Assembly (NCBI GenBank): GCA_951406725.2
Contig: OX597830.1
Location: forward strand, 21,328,001 to 21,392,000
Origin: Octopus vulgaris
Lineage: Eukaryota
Direction of reading: 5' to 3'
DNA length: 64,000 bases
Shown here: in pieces, positions 1 through 12,139 of the stretch
How positions within the stretch are numbered: position 1 is the stretch's first letter
How the letters are laid out: every line of letters starts with the position of its first letter
Made by a program: the position numbers and the translations under genes
The notes under the pieces: model-generated
Told to the model about the DNA's origin: nothing
The model's input: the letters and a program-made list of their open reading frames with translations, nothing else
The model's database searches: none

Positions 1-87
1 AATTAGGGAAGAGAGAGAGAGAGAGAGAGACATGATCAGAGCTAGAAACGCGTTGACTCATAGCTCAATTAGAAACTTGCTTGGGGT

Positions 88-133
<46 letters not shown>

Positions 134-225
134 AAATAATAAAAGTAGTATAGTAGTTTCAAAGTTTAGCACAAGGTTAGCATTCTTTAAGGAAGCCGAG
201 TGGAGAAGCCGATTAGGTCGATTCT

Positions 226-510
226 AGGAAAGTTTGCCGCAAACATTTTGCCGCAGGAAAATTCACTTCATGACTTTTAGTCGTAGGAAAGATTCGTCGC
301 ATAGGAAATTTTGCCACAATTGCTCCCCTTGGTATATAATTGTTTTAACCAATAAGAAGGCGTAAAACAATTTAACTCATTTAAACTTTCCGCAAACATT
401 TTTGCTACACAAAAAATATTATCGCATAAATAAAGAAAATTTAAATGGTTGAAACAATTATATAACAAAGGTAGTAATTCATCTTACATCTTGCGGCAAA
501 ATTCCCTATG
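226..510. mobile_element. Decayed MITE-like remnant with short subterminal repeats
   Basis: Repeated ~14-nt units (ggaaagtttgccgc, aaacattttgccgc, ggaaagattcgtcgc, ggaaattttgccac) at 233-320 and an inverted unit gcggcaaaattcc at ~493-505. No clean TSD seen. Confidence 0.45.
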
Positions 511-705
511 CCAGCGATTGTCTGGCACTGAGGACGAGAAATAACCCCGAAACCATTTTGAGGCGTATTTTCCTGTGTCGCTAAAGATTCTGCCAAATCG
601 CTGCCTTCAGAACATACATAACATTGTGTCATGTGATCAGCATAACGATATCGCAAATGACACAAGAACACAACACAGCAGAAAGTTAAAGATTGAAGAC
701 AAAAA

Positions 706-1010
706 GTGTTGTTTGTTCCTTCTCGAGCCATGCCTGGCTCATAGGGCCGGTTTCCCGGTTGCCTTGGCGTATAGGTTCCCCACCTGGACGGGACGCCGGT
801 CAGTCGCAGGTGAGCTGCAAGATGCAGGAGGAGAGAGTGAGAGAAAGTTGTGGCGAAAGAGTCAGCAGAAGTTCACCATTACCTTCATCCAGAGCCGCGT
901 GGAGCTTAGGTGTTTCGCTCATAAACACACACATCGCCCGGTCTGAGATACGAACCCGCGATCCCTCGACCGCAAGTCTGCTGCTCTAACCACTAGGCGA
1001 TGTGCCTCCA
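706..1010 (-). mobile_element. Full-length tRNA-derived SINE (type D) with 12-bp TSD
   Basis: Minus strand reads tggaggcacatcgcctagtggttagagcagc (A box) then gggttcgtatctc (B box), body with gcgtcccgtccaggtggggaacc, short (aac) tail. Flanked by direct repeat tgaagacaaaaa at 694-705 and 1011-1022. Confidence 0.9.
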
Positions 1011-1118
1011 TGAAGACAAAAATTACTCCTACATTACTCTAAGTAAGTTTTGTCTTCAATCTTTAACCTTCTGCTGTGTTGTGTCTGTTTGTCAAAATTA
1101 GTTATGCATTACTATAAG

Positions 1119-1310
1119 GTGAAGGCGCATGGTTCAGTGGTTTAGAGCGCTGGATTCATAATCATGAGATAGTGAGTTCGATTTCCTGACTGGCCTGTGT
1201 GTTGTGTTCTTGAGCAAGACATTTTATTTCACTTCGCTCCAACTGGGGCGTCGATGTAATCAACTAGCTCCTTCACCCAAAATTCCAGTTCTTGTGCCTA
1301 TAGTTACTTA
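1119..1310 (+). mobile_element. SINE type C head joined to a type B-like 3' end
   Basis: gaaggcgcatggttcagtggtt...gagttcgattt...ttgtgttcttgagcaagacattttatttcac, then ctggggcgtcgatgtaatcaacta...cccaaaattccagttcttgtgcctatag. Confidence 0.7.
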
Positions 1311-1635
1311 ACTGGTATTTATTTCATCCACGCCTAAAGGATGAAAAAACAAAGTCAACCCCAGCGGAATTTGAACTCAGAAACTGAAGTCAGACGAAAT
1401 ACCTATTTCTTTACTACCCACAAGGGGCTAAACACAGAGAGGACAAACAAGGACAGACAAACGGATTAAGTCGATTATATCGACATCAGTGTGTAACTGA
1501 TACTTATTTAATCGACCCCGAAAGGATGAAAGGCAAAGTCGACCTCGGCGGAATTTGAACTCAGAACGTAACAGCAGACGAAATACCGCTAAGCATTTTG
1601 CCCAGCGTGCAAACGATTCTGCCAGCTTGCCACCT
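1310..1635 (-). mobile_element. Two tandem type B SINE copies
   Basis: Minus strand ggtggcaagctggcagaatcgtttgcacgctgggcaaaatgcttagcggtatttcgtctg...gagttcaaattccgccgaggtcgactttgcctttcatcctttcggggtcgat. A second partial copy lies at 1310-1400. Confidence 0.85.
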
Positions 1636-1673
1636 TAATAATAATAATGATTGTAACAATAATAATAATAATG

Positions 1674-1746
<73 letters not shown>

Positions 1747-1747
<1 letters not shown>

Positions 1748-2065
1748 CCTTTCTACTGGAGGCACAATGCCTGAAATTTTAGAGGAGGGGCCTAGTCGAT
1801 TACATCGACCCCAGTCGGACCGGGCTGTGTGTTGTGTTCTTGAGCAAGACACTTGATTTCACGTTGCTCCAATCCACTCAGGTGTAAAAATGAGTTGTGA
1901 CGTCACTGGTGGCTTTTCCTTTGGGCAACATCGGTGGCGTGGAGAGGGAAGGCTGGTATGCATGGGCGACTGCTGGTCCTCCATAAAACAACCTTACCCT
2001 GCCTTGTGTCTTGGAGAGGAACTGTCTAGGAGCAATCCCATGATCATTGATGACCGAAGGGGATC
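1747..2065 (+). mobile_element. Type B 3' end (minus strand) fused to a 5'-truncated type C SINE (plus strand)
   Basis: 1747-1815 matches the B tail. 1818-2065 reads ggaccgggctgtgtgttgtgttcttgagcaagacac...gatgaccgaagggg. Confidence 0.75.
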
Positions 2066-2379
2066 ATTACCATTTTTGTTTTTACTATAAGAATCATATA
2101 AACACAGTTACTAGCCTTACTAACTATCCCCTCTTCGACAGCTGTATTAATACAGCACATCTTGGTACAACAACAACACAGATAGTACAAGAGACACAAC
2201 AATGTCAAAACCAAGCCTTGTCTACATTGTAAGCAACCAACACCAACTCTATTCAGCGACAACGTATCTCACTCTGACGCATAACAACCTCGACTACGTG
2301 ACAATATCCAATTCTCTTCCGGCTACCCGCCCTCCTCCACTACCTCCTCGCCACCTTCCCCTTCTCCTCCTTGTCTTCA

Positions 2380-2614
2380 CCATCAGCGTCATCATCATCA
2401 TCATCATCATCGTCATCGTCATCGTCATCATCGTCGTCGTCGTCTTCATCATTGTCACCATCATCATCATCGCCATCATCGGCGTCATTATCAACGTCGT
2501 CATCATCATCATCGTCGCCATCAACAACGTAATCATCATCATCATCATCATCATCTCATCATTATCATCGGCACTTCGTCGTCATCACCCTCATCGTTGT
2601 TGTCGTCGTCATCG

Positions 2615-2651
<37 letters not shown>

Positions 2652-2855
2652 CGCCGTCATCATCATCATCACTATCTCATCATCATCCTCGCCGTCATCA
2701 TCATCAACATTCTCTCATCATCATCGTCGTTGTCATCATTATCATCGTCGTCGTCGTTGTCATCATCATCGTCATTGACATCATTATCGACATCTTTATC
2801 ATCACCATCGATATCGTCATTACCATCATCATCGTCATCATCATCATCATCATCA
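2380..2855. repeat. Degenerate (ATC/GTC)n trinucleotide tract
   Basis: Direct reading; source of poly-Ile/His/Ser ORFs. Confidence 0.95.
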
Positions 2856-2867
2856 AAATACAACATA

Positions 2868-3165
2868 GATGTAGGCATGGCTGTGTGGTTAAGAAGTTCG
2901 TTTCGCAACCATATGGTCCCACAGCACAGCACCTTGGACAAATATTCTCTATTATAACCACAGGCTGGCCAATGTCACGTGAGTGAATTTAGAAGAAAAC
3001 TGCGTAGAAGTTATATATAAATATGTGCATGTGTTTGTTTGTTGTGTGAGTGTGTATATGTTTGTTTTTGTTCCTCTCCCCCGCTTGACAACCGGTGGTG
3101 GCTTGTTTATGGCTCCCGTAACTTAGCGGTTTGGCAAAAGATTCGAGATAATAAGTAACCGATTA
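2868..3165 (+). mobile_element. Diverged type A SINE
   Basis: gtaggcatggctgtgtggttaagaag...caccttggacaa...gcttgacaaccggtgg...cccgtaacttagcggtttggcaaa. Confidence 0.8.
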
Positions 3166-3477
3166 AACCCTACCATTGGAGGGTTTAGTTACCATTATAT
3201 ATTTCTAGACATCCGTCTGGTGCCGATAAAATAAAGTACCAGATTAGAACTTGGATCCGTGTACTCAAAATTTCTGCCACTGTGCCTCAATCAGATACGA
3301 TTATTGTACCTCGTTTTGTGTTTCCAATGAAGAAAACGACATACAACAAAAACAGTGTTCGACATTATAAGAAATATCAAAGACAAAAATAAGACAACTA
3401 GTAACTACTTATATTCGATACAAACAAGCCAAAGACTATACACAGAGTTGATAATTCTAAGAACTGCTTCACCACAT

Positions 3478-3925
3478 TACGAGGCGGGTGGGCTGAAAAG
3501 TCCCTGGCTTTAAGGGTATCGCGAAGGGCCTGGTTGGAGGCCGAACCTTCCGAGTTCTTTTATAGGGCCTAGAAAAACTGAAGGACCGTTGCAATGAGTG
3601 TTTGAACAAAGTCGATAGCTAACAAAGTGACAAGGTTCTTTCAGTCACGAGGCTTGTAAATATATTCTTTTCTACTTCTAGGCCAAGGCCCGAAATTTTG
3701 GGGGAGGGGGCCAGTACTTAATTTATCGACCACCGGTAGGATGAAAGGCAAAGTCGACCTCGGCGGAATTTGAACTCAAAACGTAAAGACAGACGAAATA
3801 CCACTAAGCATTGTAATAAGTGTGTGAATCTGAGAGGGGAATATATATTGAATGAAATCATAAATAACTGATCCTCCTCTATTTACTTTTACCCAAATCC
3901 ATGAACATTTCAGCACCCCGTCATA
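3478..3925 (+). mobile_element. Internally deleted mariner-type element with nested type B SINE
   Basis: Ends tacgagg..gggctgaaaagtccctggc and catgaacatttcagcacccc. Inside is a mariner C-terminal remnant (PSEFFYRA*KKLKDRCN...LRGEY). A type B SINE at ~3665-3812 lies between near-duplicated tgcaatgagtgtttgaa / tgtaataagtgtgtgaa. Confidence 0.75.
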
Positions 3926-4351
3926 TATGACACACAAAAAACATGCATTTAGGTTCTAGGGCCTTGAAACCAGAATCGCAAGAATTCGTTTTCACTCCCA
4001 CTCCTTTTAACTTACATGTAACCTGTAACCTATATGATATCACAGCACAGCCGCATTCACAGATGGTATTGCAGTTACCGCCTCCGACTATTACTCTGGC
4101 TGCTACTCCAGAAGTACTTCAAGTACCAAGAAACCTGACTATAAATAACCACAAGGACTGAAAGCTTCTGAGGTTCACTTCTCGGCAAGTAGTTCCATTT
4201 TCTTATCCCAATGTACGACACCGTCGAGAACTGTCTTCTACAAGAGCCTCGCGTCGGTTGATGTCCTGAGCTTGAAATTTATTCGACAGAAACTGCACTA
4301 GATGTCGCTGTATATATACGCGCTCGCACATACATACAAGTACACATACAA

Positions 4352-4402
<51 letters not shown>

Positions 4403-4465
4403 ATATATAAAATCCGTTCTGTGTGTGTGTCTTCTAGGATCTCGGGCATCCTCCGTCCGATTGCA

Positions 4466-4666
4466 AGCTGGCAGAAACGTTAGCACGCCGGGCGAAATGC
4501 GTCTGCCGTTACGTCCTGAGTTCAAATTCCGCCGAGGTCGACTTTGCCTTTCATCCTTTCGGGTTCGATTAAATAAGTACCAGTTACGCACTGGTGTCGA
4601 TATAATCGACTTAATCCGTTTGTCCTTTCTGTGTTTAGCCCCATCTGGGTAGTAAAGAAATAGGTA
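4466..4666 (+). mobile_element. Type B SINE
   Basis: agctggcagaaacgttagcacgccgggcgaaatgc...gagttcaaattccgccgaggtcgactttgcctttcatcctttcggg...taaagaaataggtat. Confidence 0.85.
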
Positions 4667-4949
4667 TCAGGGCGTGTGTAAGTCTTGAAAAAATCACAAA
4701 AATCGATACCAGGTGAGAATGCGATCGATTAAGCCGTGGGAACGTGCATTTGTAAAATCATTTTTCTTGGAATAAAAAAAAAGTCTATCTTTATTTCTTC
4801 TTTTGCTGGCGTCTCAAATTTAGGTTAAATCAGTGTTTCTCAAAGGGGGGCCTATGGGACTGTCGGACAAGTTGTTTTGAGAAAATTTGGTTTAAATGTT
4901 TGACAACTCAGCACCGTCCATTGAACGAGGAGTGGGGGGCGTTTTGCTC

Positions 4950-4994
<45 letters not shown>

Positions 4995-5007
4995 TATATA
5001 TATATAT

Positions 5008-5350
5008 CTTTTATCTTTTACTTGTTTCAGATATTAGACTGCGGCCGTGCTGGAGCACCACCTTGAAGAATTTGTAGTTGAATGAAACAATCCCAGTACT
5101 AACGTTTTTTATTCTATCAATCTCTTTTTGCCGAATCGCTACGTTATGAGGACGTAAAAAACCCAACACCGACTGTAAAGCGGAAGCTGATGAGAAACAC
5201 GCGCATGCGTGCGTGCGTGCGTGCGTGCACAAGGCTTTGGTCGGCCCGAGGCTAAAGTAGAGCACACTCTCCCAAGGTGCCACTCAGTGGGACTGAAACC
5301 GGAATCATGTGGTTGGGAAGCAAGCTTCTTACCACAGCCATGCCTGCACC
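5008..5350 (-). mobile_element. Type A SINE
   Basis: Reverse complement of the A head (gcaggcatggctgtggtaagaagcttgcttcccaaccac) and tail (gctccagcacggccgcagtc...gaaacaagtaaaag). Confidence 0.85.
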
Positions 5351-5382
5351 TATATGTATATATATATGTTTGTGTGTGTGTG

Positions 5383-5420
<38 letters not shown>

Positions 5421-5427
5421 CGTGTTG

Positions 5428-5735
5428 GTACCTTGGGCAAGTGTATTCTACTATAGCCTCGGGCCGACCAAAGCCTTATGAGTGGATTTGGTTGACGGAA
5501 ACTGAAAGAATCCCGTCGTATATATGTGTGTATGTGTGTGTTTGTTCCCCCACCATCGCTTGACAACCGGTGTTGGAATGTTCACGTTCCCGTAACTTAG
5601 CGGTTCGTTAAAAGAGGCCGATAGAATAAGTACTAAGCTTACAAAGAATAAGTCCTAGGGTGGATTTGTTCGACTAAACTCGTTGCTCGAGCATGGCCGC
5701 ACTCAAATGACTGAAACAAATAAAAGAATTAAAGA
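5428..5735 (+). mobile_element. 5'-truncated type A SINE
   Basis: ccttgggcaagtgtattctactatagcctcgggccgacc...gactgaaacaaataaaagaat. Confidence 0.85.
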
Positions 5736-5883
5736 ATATACATATATGTATGTATATATATATATATATATATAATATATATATATATAAATAATATATA
5801 TATATATATAATGTGACCTCGTGTGTACCGTTGGCGATTTTTTTTCCTCTGTCTTCCCTTCTCTGGATCTTTCCTTCTCCTAT

Positions 5884-5918
5884 GTTTCCGACGAAGAGCT
5901 CCGCTCGAAACGTTAAAC
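5884..5918 (+). ncRNA. Minimal hammerhead-ribozyme-like motif (variant core) in a ~200-bp non-coding unit (5811-6017)
   Basis: gttt-CCGACGA-a-gagc-tcc-gctc-GAA-ACGT-T-aaac: stem I gttt/aaac, stem II gagc/gctc, palindromic ACGT stem III. U4 is C, so activity is doubtful. Confidence 0.6.
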
Positions 5919-6622
5919 CCTCCTTCTTTCCTTCTTTCCTGAGCGTCCAATAATACTATATGTGTTCCACGTCCTCGCGTTGTTGTGTTTTCTTGTGCTT
6001 TCTTGTTTGGATTAACTATATATATATATATATATATACACTGGGTGTGGACGTCGGCGTGATAATACAAAGAACCACCCGACTTACACAGATAGTTCCT
6101 TGCCACTGTCGTCATCAGAGATACAGCGAACCAGAGATTGCTTCGTTCTAAACCCATTGACATTATTGTCCATGAAATACGATATAAAGCAAATTTTATA
6201 AATACTCTGAAATTAGCTCCTCCCAAATCCACCATCTTTGTTCATAACGGCAACACCAAAGAACATGGGAAAGGCCATTCCTAACTTAGCCCTCAATTAA
6301 CAATAACAGACTACAATGAATATAAAACCGCACTTTATATCGCACAAATGTTGTATGCGGGCCACACCCACAGGCCACCCATGTACCAAAACCAATGTTC
6401 AAAAACAAACAAACAAAAAAGGGATAAAAAGATTAAAAAATGAACGTGCGAAGCGAAGTGCACAATTTATTTCTACGACAAGCTGCAACCCACGCAGATC
6501 TTGATACATTACCCTCTAAAAGCCTAATCAAAAACATTTTTAATACAGTCAAGTTTATACCTGTATAAAGGTACAGAATCTGTTCCACTTCGACACTGCG
6601 TCAGAAGGAATTCGTTTTACTC

Positions 6623-6676
<54 letters not shown>

Positions 6677-6696
6677 TCGCTAAGTTAAATATTTCA

Positions 6697-6763
6697 ATCA
6701 CCTGAAGAATGACTGTAACTCGAATTTTTAAGAATTGGACAGCCATGAAACGATCGTAGTGTT
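6697..6763 (+). ncRNA. Type I hammerhead ribozyme motif (PLE-type)
   Basis: cac-CTGAAGA-atgactgt-(22 nt)-acagccat-GAA-ACGATCGT-A-gtg. Intact CUGANGA/GAAA core, 7 of 8 bp in stem II, palindromic stem III, GUA cleavage triplet ending at 6758. Confidence 0.75.
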
Positions 6764-6891
6764 ATACTAATTATCTTTTTTTAATAATTTTGATATATTT
6801 AAAATAATATAAATTAATTAATCTTATGTATTGGCTTAAGTTTTTCATTGTATGATTTGCCTAATAGTGGTTTTATCTCTAATTTAATATA

Positions 6892-6923
<32 letters not shown>

Positions 6924-7304
6924 GAAAACCATATATTTTGAAAACCAGTAGATGTATTCCACTGAATTTAGGTAAATAATCCTTCGAACAGACGGTTAGT
7001 AGCGATGCCTGCTGGGTTCAGCTGCCCTGCATTGATAAAGGGCAAATACCCTGAAACTAGTCTACAGATACCTGACCAGCAAGGGGAAGCGGCTGACCTC
7101 TCCTGTTCGAAGGTTATAATGGACACAGGTTCGTGTGTTACATAGCTAGCTATAGGCGATGGCCTCTTGGAGCTAATCAACGGCAGCATTCGCCCTATAT
7201 TTCTGGACTGCCATATTAGCTTGGCGAAAACTATTAATATCCAGTATCGCTGCCGTAGTCTCCTTTAGAGAGACTTAGAAATTTTAATATTTCTATTTAT
7301 ATGA

Positions 7305-7778
7305 TAAGATCGTTATTTAAAATACCGATCATATCAAGTGGCTAGCATGGGAATAAAAACCTCATAGGTAATAATTTTTATTAAAATCATAATTAAGGGT
7401 ATCTAAAAGATACCACCATGCTAGATATGGCAGCCAAAACTTGACTCTAGAACCGCATTAAATGTTCATACAACACCAGGAGAGAAGACAAACAGACAAA
7501 ATAAACTAGCAAAAAATTATTGGATAATTCCAGATCCCGGATTTCCGATTTTGCATCATAAATTTTTTTTTTGCTAGTTTATTTTGTCTGTTTGTCTTCT
7601 CTCCTAGTACTGTATGAACATTTAATATGGTTCTAGAGTCAAGTTTTGGCTGCTATATCTAGCATGGTGGTATCTTTTAAATACCCTTAATTATAATTTT
7701 CATAATAATTATTACCTATGAGGTTTTTATTCTCATGCTAGCCACTTGATATGATCGGTATTTTAAATAACGATCTTA
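7305..7778. repeat. Long inverted repeat (arms ~215 bp, spacer ~40 bp)
   Basis: 7305-7520 (taagatcgttatttaaaataccgatcatatcaagtggctagcatg...) is the reverse complement, with scattered mismatches, of 7559-7778 (...catgctagccacttgatatgatcggtattttaaataacgatctta). Confidence 0.95.
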
Positions 7779-7779
7779 A

Positions 7780-7960
7780 AAACACAGACACACAAACACA
7801 TATACATACATATATATATATACATATATACAACAGGCTTCTTTCAGTTTCCGTCTACCAAATCCACTCACAAGGCATTGGTCGGCCCGGGGCTATAGTA
7901 GTAGACACTTGCCCAAGATGCCATGCAGTTGGTTAGCAAGCTACTTACTGCACAGCCACT
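7780..7960 (-). mobile_element. Type A SINE 5' half
   Basis: cttctttcagtttccgtctaccaaatccactcacaaggc...cacagccact. Confidence 0.8.
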
Positions 7961-8155
7961 ATGAGAAAAAAATCTATCAGAAAGGAACTCTATCTCTCTT
8001 TAAAAAATATCTTTTGATAAGCATAACAAATGCGCAACCGGTAAAAAGAACTTTCACCTAATTAAATACACTCTCCCTTACTTAAATTATTTTGTCAGCA
8101 TTTTCTTCATTTCCTTTTTCTATATATCACAACTCGTGTTCCACATCTCCTTTTT

Positions 8156-8247
<92 letters not shown>

Positions 8248-8248
<1 letters not shown>

Positions 8249-8865
8249 TAGCTGACGAACCCAGTAATAACCGGGAAAGCGGAGCTTATTCCTTGGTTCC
8301 GTTCTCGTAATTGTTTCACTAATCCAATAACAGCAATACATAGTATGTAGCCCTTAAAACGGTTTTGTGCATTTACAGAAAATACCGAACTGTCTTACAC
8401 AGGATCTTGTTTTTAGGAATTCCCAATAAGATATGAATACCCAAATTGTGATGTCAGTTATGTAATAACATGAAATTAGTTACCCGATAGTAAGAATTCA
8501 AATAAAGTATCCCCGAAAAAGGGCTTTTATGCGTTTCCAGAGTATATAGAACATAGGAGGAAATACTAATAAGGTATGTGTACTAAAATCGTGAAGCATG
8601 TTACGTAATAACAGGCTAGTCAGATATGAGATAATTACAATTTAAATGAAAATAATTAATTCTGAAAAGGGCTTTTATGCGTTCCCAGAGAATATTACCC
8701 TCAGGGGCGCTAGTGTTGGTATATTCGAGGCCCTATTATCGTTTTTTTTTTCTCAACAATATGAGCATGCCATGAGGTTTGCAGACATGATTTTTAATCA
8801 CGTGTCAAGTTTCATCAAAATCGATAAAACGATGTAGGAGGAGTTAAATGACAACTCCACATATG
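8248..8865 (-). mobile_element. Non-autonomous Helitron-like element
   Basis: Minus-strand 3' end cccggttattactggg hairpin followed by CTAG then T. Internal repeat aaaagggcttttatgcgtt twice. aagtttcatcaaaatcg...gtaggaggagtt motif common in Helitron-N elements. 5' end not resolved. Confidence 0.65.
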
Positions 8866-8867
8866 TA

Positions 8868-8917
<50 letters not shown>

Positions 8918-8920
<3 letters not shown>

Positions 8921-9248
8921 GCGCAATGGCCCAGTGGTTAGGGTAGCGGACGCGCGGTCGTAGGATCACGGTTTCGATTCCCAGACTGGGCGTTATGAGT
9001 GTTTATTGAGCGAAAGCACCTAAATGCTCCACGAGGCTTCGGCAGTGGGGGCGGGGAATCGTGATGTACTCTTTCACCACAACTTTTTCTCATCTTTTCT
9101 TCCTGTTTCAAAGGACCAGCCTTGTCACACTGAATCTTTCCAAGAAGTACGTTAAGGGGAACACGCGTCTGTAGAGCGCTCAGCCACTTGCACGTTAATT
9201 TCATGAGCAGGCTGTTCCTTCGTCGTCGTAACCGACGGAGTGCCGCGA
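8918..9248 (+). mobile_element. Chimeric SINE: type D head and body plus the tail otherwise carried by type C
   Basis: gaggcgcaatggcccagtggttagggtagcgg head to cttcctgtttc (~9109), then ccagccttgtcacac...cacttgcacgttaatttcatgagc...gtaaccgacggagtgcc. Confidence 0.85.
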
Positions 9249-9250
9249 TA

Positions 9251-9283
<33 letters not shown>

Positions 9284-9479
9284 ATCATAGGTGGTATGAA
9301 CCTTGCTTCCCGACCACAATGTTCCGGGTTCAGTTCCACTGCGTGGCACCTTGGGCGAGTGTTTTCTGCTACAGCCTCGGCCCGACCAAAGCTTTCTTAG
9401 TGGATTTGGTAGAGGGAAACTGGAAGAAGCCCAACCGTCAGCACCATTGCCACTACGTCACCACTACCATAAGAATAAC

Positions 9480-10265
9480 CATTACTACCATCACCACCAC
9501 CACCATCACCATAACAACAAAAAACCGCCTACACCGTAGCTACCTTTACAACTACCATCGCAACAATCGCAACCACCACCATCACCACCACCACCACCAC
9601 CACCTCAATCATCACTACCACCATCACAACCACCAACAGTTCTACCACCTCCACCACTAAGCCAACCGCTTTCAGTCACATTATCGACACAACCACCACC
9701 ACCACAACTACAACCACCACTGTCACCGCCATAATTAAAAAACACCACCATCACAACCACCACCACCACCACCACCACCACCACCATCACCACCACAATC
9801 ACCACCACAATCACCACTACTACCATCACTATTCTCATGATCGCCATCATCACTACAATCAGCATCACCATCACAACCAAAACCATCACTACTAGAATCA
9901 TCACCACCACCACCACCACCACCACCATGACCACCACCACTACCATCACAACCACCACCGCTACCATCACCACCACCACTATCACCACCACCACCATCAC
10001 CACCACCACCACCACCACCACCACCACCACCACCACCATCACCACCACCACCACCACCACCACCACTATCACCACCACCACTATCACCACCACCACCACC
10101 ACCACCATCACCACCACCACTATCACCACCACCACAACCATCACCACCACCAACAACACAACCAAAATCATCGCTACTAGAATCACGACGACCACCACAA
10201 TGACCACCACCACCACAACTATCACCACCACCACTGCCATTACCGTCGCCACCACCACCACCACA
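9480..10265. repeat. (ACC/ATC)n tract
   Basis: Direct reading; source of poly-Thr/Val ORFs. Confidence 0.95.
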
Positions 10266-10559
10266 GACTCCTAAGAGACGTATAAGGCATACGGAGTAAC
10301 CATAGCAACGTTAATTCCACAATTTGTAAGACATTTTTGCTTATTTTGGCAAAACCTGGCAACTCAGAGAGGAAAGAAGGGTTTTTACATATTGTAACAT
10401 AGACCCCCCTTTCAGACCCCTATTCTCGAAAAGGAAATACAAGGTCTTGCTTAGAGCCTTAACATAAAGGGGTTTTATTGTCTACTTATTCACTCTCCTG
10501 TATATTTAGGGATTCTTCGCTACAAGGGTTTTTAAACAATAATATTGTCGTTACGTTTT

Positions 10560-10630
10560 TGTTATCGCGTTGTTGTTGTTGCTTTATGTTGTTGTTGTTG
10601 TTCCTATTGTTGTCGTTGCTGTCTTCATCG

Positions 10631-10703
<73 letters not shown>

Positions 10704-10743
10704 TGTGTGTGTATGTGTGTGTATGTATGTGTGTGTGTGTGTA

Positions 10744-10797
<54 letters not shown>

Positions 10798-11021
10798 TGT
10801 GTGTGTATGTGTGTGTATGTGTGTGCGCGCGCGCGCGTGTGTGTGTGTGTGTGTGTGTGGTCGATGTTGTCTCCTCTGTCATCGTTATCGTCGTCGTTGT
10901 TGTTGATGTTTCTGTTGTTGCTGTTCACATCATCGTCATCGTCGTCGTCGTCATCGCTGTTGTCTTCATCGTTGGTTTGGTTTAATTTGTGTGTCGTTGA
11001 TGTTGTCGCCACTTGTCATCA

Positions 11022-11075
<54 letters not shown>

Positions 11076-11807
11076 TCGTCGTCGTCGCCGTCGTCATCGT
11101 AGGCGTCGTCGTCGTCGCCGTCACTGGTTTTTTTTTGTGTGTGTCGTTGATATTGTCACTACTTGTCGTCGTCGTTGTTTTTGTTGTTATTATTATTCTA
11201 AGCAGGTTACTGTTTTATGTTGTCGTGGTCATGTTCTTCCTATTGTTGTTGCTGTTCTTATCGTCATTGTCGTCGTTGTAGCTGTTGTGCATGTTGCCTT
11301 TCCTCGTCATCATTGCTGTTGTTCTTGCTTTATGCCATTATTTCATGTTGCAGTCTTGTTCTTGTTCCTGTTGTTGGAGCTGTACATACCTTTGTCATCG
11401 TCTTCTTCTTCTTCTTCTTCTTCTTCTTCTTCTTCTTCTTCTTCTTCTTCTTCTTCTTCTTCTTCTTCTTCTTCTTCTTCTTCTCCTCCTCCTCCTCCTC
11501 CTCTTCTTCTTCTTCTTCTTCTTCTTCTTCATGGTGATTATTGCGATTATTGACGAACGTGTCCTGTGTCTATCTATGTTCGTATGTTGTTCTTATGTTG
11601 GTGTGTGTGTGTATGTATGTGTGTGTGTGTGTGTATGTGTGCTTAAGTATGTATGTACATGGGTTTATGTGTTTGGTGGGGTGGGGACTGTGTATGTGTG
11701 TATATATTGAAATGTAGTATCTGGAGGAACATTCCTTACTCCTGACTGGAGTCTAGCCATTTCCTCATTGATTAGACAAACAGGGAAGGTGAACAAAAAA
11801 GCAAGAA

Positions 11808-11873
<66 letters not shown>

Positions 11874-11874
11874 C

Positions 11875-11924
<50 letters not shown>

Positions 11925-11928
11925 CACC

Positions 11929-11960
<32 letters not shown>

Positions 11961-12060
11961 ACACACACACATAGACACGTACACAGAAAAATATATATAC
12001 AGACAGAAATACACATGCAAATATATACATTCATACATACACACATATATACATAGTACA
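10560..12060. repeat. Compound microsatellites (GT)n, (GTC)n, (TTC)n, (ACT/ACC)n
   Basis: Direct reading. Confidence 0.95.
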
Positions 12061-12139
12061 TATATATATATTTATATCTTGTATACATATACGTATGTAT
12101 ACACATGCCTATATAGACATATACTTACACACACATGCA

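Noticed and set aside
575-989. ORFs resembling 'hypothetical proteins' (also 8938-9339, 17885-18343, 57505-58002)
   Set aside because: They are read-through of SINE sequence.
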